From the NCBI GenBank assembly GCA_963733715.1, contig CAVTEN010000020.1, forward strand, positions 215,979 through 279,978: 64,000 bases of DNA, read 5' to 3'. The notes below the pieces were generated by a model. That model ran no database searches and was not told the DNA's origin. It saw only the letters and a program-made list of their open reading frames with translations. The DNA is from an uncultured delta proteobacterium. GTDB taxonomy: Bacteria; Desulfobacterota; Binatia; Binatales; Binataceae. Below are positions 41,491-51,220 of the stretch, one piece after another (position 1 is the stretch's first letter; the number at the start of each line of letters is the position of its first letter). The translations under genes were made by a program, and so were the position numbers.

Positions 41491-42648
41491 ATGAATTTCG
41501 ATCTGACCGAAGAGCAGCGGCGCATCCGCGAAACGCTCACCGATTTTGCCGAGCGCGAGATCAAGCCGCACTCGACCAAGTGGGATAAGGAAGAGACCTT
41601 CCCGCGGCATATCGTCGAGCAGCTCGGCCAGCTTGGCTTTCTCGGCGTCGCGTTTCCGGAAAAATTCGGCGGCGGCGGCGCGGATACTCTTTCGCAGGTG
41701 CTGGTCGTCGAGGGACTCTCGCGCTACGACGCGTCGATCGGACTGACGTGCGCCGCGCACATGTCGCTCTCGACCGGGCACATCGCCGGGTTCGCGTCCG
41801 ACGATCAGCGCAATCACTACGTTCCCGACATGCTGCAGGCGAAGAAGCTCGGCGCATGGTGCCTGACCGAGCCGAGTTCCGGTTCCGACGCCGCCGCGAT
41901 GCACACGAAGGCGACGCGCATCGGCGACAACTATTCGATCACCGGCTCGAAGATGTTCATCACCAACGGCACGATTGCCGACGTATATGTCGTGATGGCG
42001 ATCACCGATCAGGCACGCGGGCGCGACGGCGTGTCGGCGTTCATCGTCGATCGCGGCACTGCGGGGCTCTCGAACGGAAAGAAAATCGAGAAGCTGGGAC
42101 TGCGCGCATCCGACACCGCCGAAGTCATCTTCGAAAATGTCACGGTGCCGGCGCGCAACCTCGTCGGCGAGCTCGGCGCGGGCTATCGGCAGACTCTCAA
42201 GGTGCTCGAAGCGGGCAGAATCGGAATCGCGGGGTTCGCGGCGGGAATCGCGCGCGGCGGATTCGAAGAAGCGCGCGCATACGCGCTCGAGCGCGGGCAG
42301 TTCGGCAAAAAGATTGCCGAGTTCCAGGCAATCCAGTGGATGTTCGCCGACATGGCGACGCGAATCGACGCGTCGTGGGTGCTCATCTGCCGCGCCGCCG
42401 CGCTCAAGGATGCGGGCAAGCCGTTTGCGCGCGAAGCGGCGATGGCAAAGCTGTTCGCATCGGAAACCGCGATGTGGTCAACGATCAAAGCCGTGCAGAT
42501 TCATGGCGGCTACGGCTACGTCACCGATTTCCCGGTCGAGCGCTACATGCGCGACGCCAAGCTCTCGGAAATCGGCGAGGGCACCAGCGAAGTGCAGCGG
42601 ATGATCATCGCGAAGTCGCTGCTGCGCGACGGCTACCTGCCTGCCTGA
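41491..42648 (+). CDS. Acyl-CoA dehydrogenase
   Basis: [38 protein letters not shown]. Confidence 0.95.
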   Translation: MNFDLTEEQRRIRETLTDFAEREIKPHSTKWDKEETFPRHIVEQLGQLGFLGVAFPEKFGGGGADTLSQVLVVEGLSRYDASIGLTCAAHMSLSTGHIAGFASDDQRNHYVPDMLQAKKLGAWCLTEPSSGSDAAAMHTKATRIGDNYSITGSKMFITNGTIADVYVVMAITDQARGRDGVSAFIVDRGTAGLSNGKKIEKLGLRASDTAEVIFENVTVPARNLVGELGAGYRQTLKVLEAGRIGIAGFAAGIARGGFEEARAYALERGQFGKKIAEFQAIQWMFADMATRIDASWVLICRAAALKDAGKPFAREAAMAKLFASETAMWSTIKAVQIHGGYGYVTDFPVERYMRDAKLSEIGEGTSEVQRMIIAKSLLRDGYLPA

Positions 42649-43397
42649 TCGTTCAGATCTTCCAGCAAGTCTTCCTGAATGATCGCGAGTTCGCGTGCGT
42701 CGAGGCCAATCACCTCGCGCATGAAGCCTTCGATGCCGCCGTTCTCGTCGATCAATTCGAAGACGGGATCGAGTTGCTCGGCTGCGAGCGGAATCTTTTT
42801 GAAGACCAGGTTGCTTTCGAGAAAGTCGGCGACGATTCGATCGCGTTCGACCCCGAGCATCGAGAGCAGCATCGCGGCGCCGACTCCCGTGCGGTCGCGG
42901 CCGGCCGAGCAATGGAAGAGCAGGGGATAAACGTCGCGCTCGGCGAGCAGCTTGAAGAAGCGGCGCCAGTCGTGGCGAAAGTGCATCACGAGTGCGAGAT
43001 GCTCGCGGCCGGGCTCCGGTGCAACGCGCGTGTAGCCCTGGTCGTTGAACCATTCGTCGCCCATCGGGATGTGCTCCCATCGTACGCCGCTGCGCGCGGC
43101 GGGAACCGGCGAGCCCAGGTGTTTGACTTCGGCGCGGCTCTGAAGAGTGACGAGTGTGCGAAGTTTCAGCTGACTGATGGGACTTTCGGGTGGGACTTCG
43201 GCGAGATGCGACGAGCGAAATATCTTGCCGGCACGCACACGGCGCTGATTGGCGACCGGATGTCCGCCGAGATCGCGAAAATTCTGCGCAGCGAAACTGC
43301 GGAGCAGCTCGAAGTCGACGACGACGCGCGGCTTTTCGGCCGCGTCTTCAGTTTTGTTTTTCTTCGCCAAAGGATTCAGTGAGTCTCTTTCGTTCAA
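42633..43397 (-). CDS. Tyrosine-protein phosphatase (IphP/PtpB-like)
   Basis: [23 protein letters not shown]. Confidence 0.9.
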   Translation of the reverse strand: MNERDSLNPLAKKNKTEDAAEKPRVVVDFELLRSFAAQNFRDLGGHPVANQRRVRAGKIFRSSHLAEVPPESPISQLKLRTLVTLQSRAEVKHLGSPVPAARSGVRWEHIPMGDEWFNDQGYTRVAPEPGREHLALVMHFRHDWRRFFKLLAERDVYPLLFHCSAGRDRTGVGAAMLLSMLGVERDRIVADFLESNLVFKKIPLAAEQLDPVFELIDENGGIEGFMREVIGLDARELAIIQEDLLEDLNDQAGR

Positions 43398-43468
43398 GTT
43401 TAACAGGGCGTGCTGCGCGGACCAAAGGCGAACTATCCGCCCTTGCTTCGTGTATCGCAGTCAGTTAA

Positions 43469-43482
43469 TAGACTGGAGTCTA
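43469..43482. promoter_or_regulatory. Putative TetR operator
   Basis: TAGACT-GG-AGTCTA inverted repeat 5 bp upstream of the tetR ATG. Confidence 0.55.
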
Positions 43483-43487
43483 GTTAT

Positions 43488-44240
43488 ATGGCTGAGTATA
43501 TCGAAAGCTCCAGTATTCACGCCGTTGCCGCGACGCCGATCTCGCGGCGTGAGCGCAAGAAGGGCCGCACTCGCGCTGATATTTACAACGCCGCGATGAA
43601 TTTATTTGTGCGCCGCGGTTTCGATTCGGTTACGATCGAGGATATCTGCGACGCCGCCGACGTGGCGCGCGCGACTTTTTTTCTGCATTTTCCAGCCAAG
43701 GAAGCTCTGCTGATCGAGTATGGCGAGCGCGCCAACGACGAGCTCGCTGCCGCAATTGGCGCGTATCGCGGCAGTGCGACCGCGACGCTTCGGATGGCAT
43801 TCAAGATGCTCGCCGAGCGCGACGTGCGGCATCCCGACGTTGTGCGGCTGGTGATGCGCGAAGTGCTGGCCAGGCCGCGCGTTCTCAGCGAACACGACGA
43901 GAGCGCGGCGGATCTGGTCAATCTGCTGGCGGGGGTTATCCGGCGCGGGCAGAAGAGCGGCGAGTTTCGCCGGCGGACGGATCCAACGGTTGCGGCTCTG
44001 ACCGCATGTTCGGCGTTCTTCGCGCTCATCTACACGTGGGTGCGGCAAGACGGAAAGATCGATGTCGAAGGGGGAGTCGCGCAGACTTTGGACATCATTT
44101 TGAACGGGCTCAGCGAAAAGAAAATTCAAACCGGGATGAAGCGCAGGAACCTGATCCCTAACTCCTTCCCTCGGGGAAGGGGAACAATCCCGCGAAGAGG
44201 ATCGAGAAAAACTAGATGGGAAATACACATGCAATTGTGA
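43488..44240 (+). CDS. TetR/AcrR family regulator; C-terminus reads through a REP-like repeat
   Basis: RRERKKGRTRADIYNAA..GFDSVTIEDICDAADVARATFFLHFPAKE. Confidence 0.9.
   Translation: MAEYIESSSIHAVAATPISRRERKKGRTRADIYNAAMNLFVRRGFDSVTIEDICDAADVARATFFLHFPAKEALLIEYGERANDELAAAIGAYRGSATATLRMAFKMLAERDVRHPDVVRLVMREVLARPRVLSEHDESAADLVNLLAGVIRRGQKSGEFRRRTDPTVAALTACSAFFALIYTWVRQDGKIDVEGGVAQTLDIILNGLSEKKIQTGMKRRNLIPNSFPRGRGTIPRRGSRKTRWEIHMQL
44148..44185 (-). repeat. REP-like hairpin repeat, copy E
   Basis: Plus strand AACCTGATCCCTAACTCCTTCCC-TCGG-GGAAGGGGAAC matches the reverse complement of the consensus. Confidence 0.8.
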
Positions 44241-45628
44241 TTGGCGGTAGCATGGCTGGGCTTTGTGCTGCGCGCGTGCTGAGCAAATTCTACGACAAAG
44301 TTACCGTGATCGATCGGGATGCTTATCCTGTCGGTGCGCATGAGCGGCCCGGGGTTCCGCAGAGTCGGCACGTTCATGCGTTGCTGATGCGTGGACGGCT
44401 CGAGCTGGATCGGCTGTTCCCGGGTTTTGAGAAGACGATGCTCGAGCGCGGCGCGATCGAGATAAATTTCGGTCGCGATTTTGCCGCGCTCAGGGCCGAC
44501 GGATGGGCCGAGCGGCGTCCGAACTCGATCACGACGCTCTTCGCGAGCCGCGTGCTGATCGAGGAGACCGCGCGCGAGTTGCTTCGTCGCATTCCAAATA
44601 TCGAGCTGATCGAACGGGCCGAAGCGGTTGGATTCGAAACGGTGCGCGGCGATGCGTTCCGGGTGAGCGGAGTGAAAGTGAATCCGCGCGACGGCGGGGC
44701 TGCATTCACTCTGAACGGAGACCTGGTTGTCGATGCGAGCGGACGCACGACCAAGGTTCCGTCGTGGATCGAGGCGATGGGCTTGCCGTTGCCGCCCGAG
44801 ACTGTCGTCGATTCGCATACCGGGTACGCGTCGCGATGGTACAAGACGAATCCCGAGCGGCGCCCGAAGGATTGGTGGTGGAAGGGGATATGGATCGATC
44901 CGATTGCGGAGAGTTTCTCGACCGCGGGCGTGCTGTTCCCGGTCGAAGGCAATCGAATGATTGTCTCGCTGGCGGGGATCGGAGGACATTATCCGCCAAG
45001 CGACGAGGCCGAATTCACCGCCATGCTGGCGAAATTGCGCTCGCCGATAATCGCCGAGGAAGTCGCGCTCGCGGAACCGATGTCGCAGGTCTACTCGTAT
45101 CGGCAGATGGCGAACCGTTGGCGGCACTATGACAAATGGGGCGCGCGGCTCGACGGCTTCGTCGCGCTCGGCGACTCGTCATGCGCATTCAATCCCGTCT
45201 ATGGACAGGGGATGACGTCGGGCGCGTTGTCGGCGCTGATGCTCGGCGAGTGCCTCGAAAAGAACGGCATCAACGACGTCGAGGTCCCGCGAAAATTCTT
45301 CGCTGCGCAGGCGCGCTTCCAGGCCGAGCCGTGGGGACTCGCGACCGCGTCAGATTTCAGAGTGCCGGGCACAGAGGGCAAGCGTCCGTTGATGAGCCGC
45401 GTGATGGATCCTTTGGTCAGCAAAATGTTCCAGGTCGCCAACGACGATCCAGCTATTGGCGAGCGCATCGGTGAAGTGATCAACATGATGAAGCCGCCGT
45501 CGGCGCTGTTCGAGGCGTCGTTGCTGAAGCTGATCGCAAAGGCGTGGTCGCGCCGGCTGCTCAAGGGCAGGAAGCAGGAGAAGGAATCGACGGCGATGCC
45601 GCCGCTCGCGCTGGGCGTCGAGGGGTAG
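44216..45628 (+). CDS. FAD-dependent oxidoreductase/monooxygenase
   Basis: VIGGSMAGL, GVPQSRHVH, VVDASGR, GDSSCAFNPVYGQGM. Confidence 0.88.
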   Translation: MGNTHAIVIGGSMAGLCAARVLSKFYDKVTVIDRDAYPVGAHERPGVPQSRHVHALLMRGRLELDRLFPGFEKTMLERGAIEINFGRDFAALRADGWAERRPNSITTLFASRVLIEETARELLRRIPNIELIERAEAVGFETVRGDAFRVSGVKVNPRDGGAAFTLNGDLVVDASGRTTKVPSWIEAMGLPLPPETVVDSHTGYASRWYKTNPERRPKDWWWKGIWIDPIAESFSTAGVLFPVEGNRMIVSLAGIGGHYPPSDEAEFTAMLAKLRSPIIAEEVALAEPMSQVYSYRQMANRWRHYDKWGARLDGFVALGDSSCAFNPVYGQGMTSGALSALMLGECLEKNGINDVEVPRKFFAAQARFQAEPWGLATASDFRVPGTEGKRPLMSRVMDPLVSKMFQVANDDPAIGERIGEVINMMKPPSALFEASLLKLIAKAWSRRLLKGRKQEKESTAMPPLALGVEG

Positions 45629-45649
45629 GAGAAATCATTTAATTGAATG

Positions 45650-45784
45650 TGAAACCCGCGGTGGGTTTCACGCTTCCTTCGGCAGGGGTGACCCCTGCAC
45701 CCAATATTAAGATCAGATGCGGGACTTCGTCCCTTTTAGGAAGTTGGTAGCGAAGAATTACCTCTCCCTGCGGGGAGAGGTTAG
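45650..45784. repeat. Mosaic of hairpins between convergent genes
   Basis: GTGAAACCC/GGGTTTCAC hairpin; 20-bp family-2 copy at 45684-45703; CCTCTCCC-TGCG-GGGAGAGGTTAG variant at 45761-45784. Confidence 0.7.
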
Positions 45785-45792
45785 AAGAATAG

Positions 45793-46708
45793 TTACTGCT
45801 GGTTTTGTTGGTTGGAGCTGTTGTTGGGATCGATCGGGCGAGCGTGATCCGGTAGCGGTTCTATTTTCAGATCTACCGACATCAATTGCATGCCGCCGTG
45901 GCTTCGATAGACGCCGCGCATTGGCGGGACGTCGGAGTAGTCGCGGCCGATGGCTACTCTTATGTGCCGCTCGTCCACCATGCATCCGTTGGTCGGATCG
46001 AACCCCGTCCATCCCAGTCCGGGTAGCTGCGCTTCCAGCCATGCGTGGCTTGCTTGCGCGCCGATGCTCGATGCGGCGGAGTTCGCGGCGGGCGCCAGGT
46101 AGCCCGAGACGTAGCGCGTGGGAATGCCGGCGAGGCGGAGCACGCCGATCGTGAGATGCGCAAAGTCCTGGCATACGCCGCCGCCGACGCTGAGAATCTC
46201 GTCGGCCGTCGAGTGCACTTTCGTCATTCCCGGGCTCGTAGACGAACTGGTCGCGGATAAAGGCGACGATGCGGTTCGCATACGCGGCCACGTCTTCCGA
46301 CGGATCGGGTTTCGCCAGCCAGAAGAATTTGCGCATCGGCTCGCTGAACGGAACGTGACGGCTCGCGTTCAGGAAATCGTACTCGAGTCGATTGCGGACG
46401 TGGTCCTCGAGCAGGAACTCGCCGAACGGGGTCGGAATCGCGGCAGGATGCGGCGCATGCACACGCTCGACCAGAGACTTCGCCGCGACGATCAGTTCGG
46501 GATGCTGATCGTGGAGCGAGAATCCGTAAACGCGATTGCCGTAGTAGTCGTCGTATTCAAACGTGGACGCGTCGGGGGTCAGATCCAGATCAAACTCGAC
46601 GCATCGCTGATCCGCACTTTCGAGCGGGCGCATTCGCACCTCGTTGTGCGAATCGTAGGCGGGCGCCTGGTACTCGAAGCGGGTAATGTGGCAGATCCGC
46701 AGCAGCAT
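45793..46708 (-). CDS. Bacterial transglutaminase-like protein, frameshift near 46230
   Basis: ICHITRFEY..SHNEVRMRP..DDYYGN N-terminal domain; GVCQDFAH, YVSGYL, SHAW, GFDPTN and GRDYSDVPP in the second frame. Confidence 0.9.
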
Positions 46709-46717
46709 CGCACCAAT

Positions 46718-47659
46718 TCAATCGGTCCTGAGGTAGCGTTGAAAGACCTCGTCGCTCAGCGCGGCGCATCCGTCCTGAATCTGAAGCAGAAACTGGTGCA
46801 GGCCGGACTTGATCACCTCGAGCGAACGCTTCGAGCGCATCAGCTCCAACAATTCTTCGAGCTGTGCGGAAGGCGGCGAAGGTTCGGGTCCCTGGCTCTG
46901 GATGCGGTTGAGCGAAGTTTCGAGTATCGCGAGCGAGAATCGCGCCGAACGCGGAAAAGTCGGATCGAAGAGCAGGATTTCGACCACGTTGTCGATTCTG
47001 ATCGAATTGCCGAAGCGCTTGCGATAGGCCTCGAGTCCCGACGCGCTGCGCAGCACCGCGGCCCATTGCAGGATGTCGAGCGAGCCGCCGACGTCTTCCA
47101 GCCGCGGCAGCAGGAAGTGGTACTTGACGTCGAGCATCCGGGAAACGTCTTCGGTCCGCTCGAGCATGATGCCGAGTTGCATGAAGTCGTACGCGATGTC
47201 GCGCGGGATAGTGCCCTGACGGATGCCTGACAGGCGATAGAAACTGTCCTTGAGATCGGCGAAGAACGCGAACACGCCGGGCGTGATGAAAAGTTCAGGC
47301 GTCCATTCCTGCGCGCTGAGATAGAGCGTGTTGAGATCGAGCCAAAGTTCGGACGAGATGTAATGGCGCAGCGAGATGGCATTATTGCGGGCGGCGTTGA
47401 TGCAACTGCGGATCGAATTGGGATTGTCGGTGTCGAGCGCGAAGAAGTTGAGTATCGAGGCGTCGTCCGCAGTCTTGTAATACTCGGCGAAAAGTTCGCG
47501 CTCGCCGAAAATCGCGAGCAGCGGCGCCCACGGCTGCGCGTCGCGCGGCGGACTCTCGATCAGCAGATGGTAATTGACGTCGAGCAGGCGCGCGCGCCAT
47601 TCGGCTCGTTCCAAATTGCGGGCGGTCCAGAAAAGATGACTCGCGATTCGCCGGAGCAT
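46718..47659 (-). CDS. Alpha-E domain protein (DUF403)
   Basis: MLRRIASHLFWTARNLERAE..R; second ERTE..R motif; FPRS. Confidence 0.92.
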   Translation of the reverse strand: MLRRIASHLFWTARNLERAEWRARLLDVNYHLLIESPPRDAQPWAPLLAIFGERELFAEYYKTADDASILNFFALDTDNPNSIRSCINAARNNAISLRHYISSELWLDLNTLYLSAQEWTPELFITPGVFAFFADLKDSFYRLSGIRQGTIPRDIAYDFMQLGIMLERTEDVSRMLDVKYHFLLPRLEDVGGSLDILQWAAVLRSASGLEAYRKRFGNSIRIDNVVEILLFDPTFPRSARFSLAILETSLNRIQSQGPEPSPPSAQLEELLELMRSKRSLEVIKSGLHQFLLQIQDGCAALSDEVFQRYLRTD

Positions 47660-49149
47660 CAGGCCTCGAGCACCCAGGTGTCCTTGCTGCCGCCGCCTTG
47701 AGATGAATTCACGATCAACGAACCCTCTCGCAGCGCGACGCGGGTCAGACCGCCGGCGAGCACGCGCGGCTTGGCGCCGAACAGCACGAACGGGCGAAAA
47801 TCGATGTGCCGCGGCATCATCTTCATCTCGCTGGCAGCTCCGTTGTGAATGATCGTCGGATGAACAGAGAGCGCGATGACCGGCTGCGCGATGAAGGCGG
47901 ATGGATCGTTGATGATTCGTTCGCGCGACTCGGCGAGTTCCTGTTCGCTGGCCTTGGGACCGATGACGACGCCGTAACCGCCGGACGCGCCGGTTGGCTT
48001 GACGACGTAGCGCTCGAGATTTTTCAGCACCTGCTCGCGAACCTCAGGATCGCGCAGCAGATAGGTCTCGACGATCGGGAGAATCGGCTCCTCGGCGAGA
48101 TAGTAACGAATCATCGCGGGCGTGTAGGCGTACACGGCCTTGTCGTCGGCGACTCCGGTGCCGACGCCGTTGGCAATCGCGGCGTTTCCCGTGCGCAGAA
48201 CGGCGGTGAGGCCGGCGACGCCGAGCAGAGAATCGGGACGGAAGACTAGAGGGTCGAGGAAATCGTCATCGATGCGGCGATAGAGGACGTCGATTTGCCG
48301 CAGCCCGTGAACGTCCTTCATATAAAGCTTGCGGTCGACGCAGACGAGGTCCTGACCTTCCACCAGCTCGATGCCCATCTGCTGCGAGAGGAAGACGTGC
48401 TCGAAGAACGCGGAGTTGAACGGGCCGGGCGTCAGCAGCGCGATCGTTGGATTGGATTTGCTGGACGGCGACAGCTCCTTCAGACACTGCAGCAGGTCCG
48501 CCGGATAGCGCTCGACGCTGCGGACGCGCGATGCGCGCATCAGGGTCGGAACAAGCCGCGTCATGACGACGCGATTTTCAATCACGTAAGAAACGCCGCT
48601 CGGCGTGCGCACGTTATCTTCGAGGACATAGAAGCGGCCGTCGGCGCCGCGCACGAGATCGATTCCCGCAACCGTGACGAAATTACCGAGCGGCGGCTTG
48701 ATGCCGACGGCGGCGCGGCGAAACTGCGGGCATCCGAGCACGAGATCGCGCGGGACGACGCCGTCTGCCAGGACGCATCCTTCACCATAAACGTCGGCGA
48801 CGAACGCGTTGAGCGCGCGCACGCGTTGAATCAGGCCGGCCTCTAGCGTGGCCCAGGTGGCGGCGTCGATGACGCGCGGAATCGGATCGAACGGGAAGAT
48901 ACGCTCGGAGCCGTCGGCGGCGCCGTACACATTGAAGGTGACGCCCATCCGGCGGAACATTCGGTCGGCGCGCGCGCAAATCTCGGTGAACTGCGCCGGC
49001 CGCATCGAGAACATCGTGTCGATGACCCCGTGGCAGCCGGATCGCGGCTCGCTGGAGAGGTCCATCATTTCGTCGAAAACGTTCGCGACCGGCTTGTACG
49101 CCGCCCAAACGGGCACCGCCTTGCCTGTTTCGGAAACAGTCGAATCCAT
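47659..49149 (-). CDS. Circularly permuted type 2 ATP-grasp protein
   Basis: FPFDPIPR, LEDNVRTPSGVSY, NSAFFEH, YRRIDDDFLDP, ADDKAVY, VNSSQGGGSKDTWVL. Start uncertain (49149 or 49212). Confidence 0.93.
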   Translation of the reverse strand: MDSTVSETGKAVPVWAAYKPVANVFDEMMDLSSEPRSGCHGVIDTMFSMRPAQFTEICARADRMFRRMGVTFNVYGAADGSERIFPFDPIPRVIDAATWATLEAGLIQRVRALNAFVADVYGEGCVLADGVVPRDLVLGCPQFRRAAVGIKPPLGNFVTVAGIDLVRGADGRFYVLEDNVRTPSGVSYVIENRVVMTRLVPTLMRASRVRSVERYPADLLQCLKELSPSSKSNPTIALLTPGPFNSAFFEHVFLSQQMGIELVEGQDLVCVDRKLYMKDVHGLRQIDVLYRRIDDDFLDPLVFRPDSLLGVAGLTAVLRTGNAAIANGVGTGVADDKAVYAYTPAMIRYYLAEEPILPIVETYLLRDPEVREQVLKNLERYVVKPTGASGGYGVVIGPKASEQELAESRERIINDPSAFIAQPVIALSVHPTIIHNGAASEMKMMPRHIDFRPFVLFGAKPRVLAGGLTRVALREGSLIVNSSQGGGSKDTWVLEA

Positions 49150-49237
49150 CGAGCTCACCCCATCGCCGCCCGCTGGCGCGGAATTCATCACCGCCAGCAC
49201 GGCGGACGTCATTTGAAGAGCAATCGACGGGCCAGAG

Positions 49238-51220
49238 TCAGGCGGGAATTTCGGCGGCGGATTGTGCGAGGTAGGCCTGGTAGTCGCGGTCGGTCGCGAG
49301 CAGGTGCGCATGCGTGCCGGCGGCGGCAATCGTCCTGTCGTGAATGAAAAAGACTTTGTCGCAAGCGGCGAGCGTGCCGGCGCGATGGGCGACAATGACT
49401 ACGATTCGATCGCGCGCGAGCGCGGCCAGCGTTTTCAGGAGGTCGGACTCCGAAGCTGGATCGAGCGGTGCGGCGGGTTCGTCGAGGACAATGATCTCGG
49501 GCCGTCGAAGCAGGGCGCGCGCGATCGCGATTCGCTGTTTCTGTCCGACCGACAGGCGCGCGCCGCGCCGCCCGAGCATCGTCGAGTAACCGTCGGGCAG
49601 CCGGTCGATAAATTCCGCCGCACCTGCCATCGCGGCCGCTTCGCGAACGTCCGCCATCGAGACGCTATCGCTGCCGTAGCGGATGTTGTCTTCGATCGAG
49701 GTCGAGAACAGGGACTCGTTCTGGAATACAAATCCCATTCGCGCGCGAATCGTGTCGGGCGCGACGGCGCGCGAATCGACACCGTCGAAAGCGATCGTCC
49801 CCGCCGACGGTTCGATGAAACGCGGGATCGAGTGGATGAGCGTCGTCTTGCCGCATCCGCTCGGACCCGCCAGCGCGACCATTTCGCCGGCGCGCATCGA
49901 CATCGTGACGCCGCTCAGCACGGTGGTTGCGCCGTAGCCAACCGCGACGCCGTTGAATTCAAGGTTGCTGACGCGAGCGCCGAGGCCGTCGCCGCGTCCG
50001 TCGCTGACTGGCTCGGCGAGATTGTCGAGCACGCTATGCACGCGCCGCAGTCCCGCGACCGACGCCTGCACCGACGCCCAAGTGCCGCCGATGATCGCCA
50101 TCGGATTCGCCAGCATTCCGCCGTAGCTCGCGAGCAGGACGATATCTCCGAGCGTCATGCGGCCCGCAATCACCTGCATCATCAGGTAGTAGAGGCTGTA
50201 GCCGATCAGCACGCAGCACACGGGCGCGAGCACGATCACCATCACGAAAAAGATCGCGAGCATGCGAAGCGTCGAGCGGAAGGACTGCCAGCTTGCGGCG
50301 TCGACGACCGCGGTCTCGCGCGACTCCTGTCCGAACGCCTTGATCAGCTGGACCTGCGCGACGCGTTCCTCGAATGCGGCCATCACGTTGCTGCCGCTCT
50401 CGCGCATCGACTGGCTTTGATCGCGGATCGCGCGTCCGAAAAAGGTGCTGCCGATCGCGACCACCGGCAGAAACAGAATTGCGACGGCGATGATCACCGG
50501 CTCGTTGCTGAATTGTACCGAGAGCACGATGATCGCCATAACGAACATGAACACCGACATGATTGGCGCGAGCACGCCGCGATAAAATACCGGGCCGATC
50601 GACGCGCTGTCGTACATCACGCGGAAGACTGCGTCGCCGATTTTCTGATCCGCGTAAAGCGCCAGCGGCGATCGCAAAAATCGCTCGTAGATCGCGGTGC
50701 GCAGCGATTGGTTCATCCGCTGCGTGAGATCGATCGTGATGCGCGACTCGAGATAGCCGAACAGGCCGTTCCACAGGCTGCTGCCCTCATTGGCGTCGTT
50801 CGCGGTGATGCCGGCCTGGTCGAGACCGCCGCTGTTCACGTTGGTGCCGAGCGACTGCGCATCGCCGTGAACCATACCAATCAGAATCACGGTCAGCACG
50901 AGAAACAACGAAACGGCGATGAGCAGACCGCTACGGCTTGAACCGACCATCGGCGTCAAAATGGCAGATGGAATGCCGGTCAGCGGGTGGCCGTCGATGA
51001 CGTTGTCGATGACGATTTTCAGCGGCCACGGCGTCATCAGATAAAAGGTCAGCGAGACGAAAACCAGCACGCACTTGATTGCGACCAGCCGGCGATAGCG
51101 GCTGACGAACGGCCAACTCTTGACGAGGATGCGCCAGGCCTCGTGCCAGGTGAGCGGAGCCTGTTCGCCGGCGTAAAGAAGATTCGCGCGGGAGTCGCGT
51201 GGCGCGCCGTTGTCAGGCAT
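49238..51220 (-). CDS. ABC exporter (fused TMD-NBD), subunit 2
   Basis: TPWPLKIVIDNV, GPSGCGKT, LSVGQKQRIAIARA, LDEP. Confidence 0.93.
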   Translation of the reverse strand: MPDNGAPRDSRANLLYAGEQAPLTWHEAWRILVKSWPFVSRYRRLVAIKCVLVFVSLTFYLMTPWPLKIVIDNVIDGHPLTGIPSAILTPMVGSSRSGLLIAVSLFLVLTVILIGMVHGDAQSLGTNVNSGGLDQAGITANDANEGSSLWNGLFGYLESRITIDLTQRMNQSLRTAIYERFLRSPLALYADQKIGDAVFRVMYDSASIGPVFYRGVLAPIMSVFMFVMAIIVLSVQFSNEPVIIAVAILFLPVVAIGSTFFGRAIRDQSQSMRESGSNVMAAFEERVAQVQLIKAFGQESRETAVVDAASWQSFRSTLRMLAIFFVMVIVLAPVCCVLIGYSLYYLMMQVIAGRMTLGDIVLLASYGGMLANPMAIIGGTWASVQASVAGLRRVHSVLDNLAEPVSDGRGDGLGARVSNLEFNGVAVGYGATTVLSGVTMSMRAGEMVALAGPSGCGKTTLIHSIPRFIEPSAGTIAFDGVDSRAVAPDTIRARMGFVFQNESLFSTSIEDNIRYGSDSVSMADVREAAAMAGAAEFIDRLPDGYSTMLGRRGARLSVGQKQRIAIARALLRRPEIIVLDEPAAPLDPASESDLLKTLAALARDRIVVIVAHRAGTLAACDKVFFIHDRTIAAAGTHAHLLATDRDYQAYLAQSAAEIPA

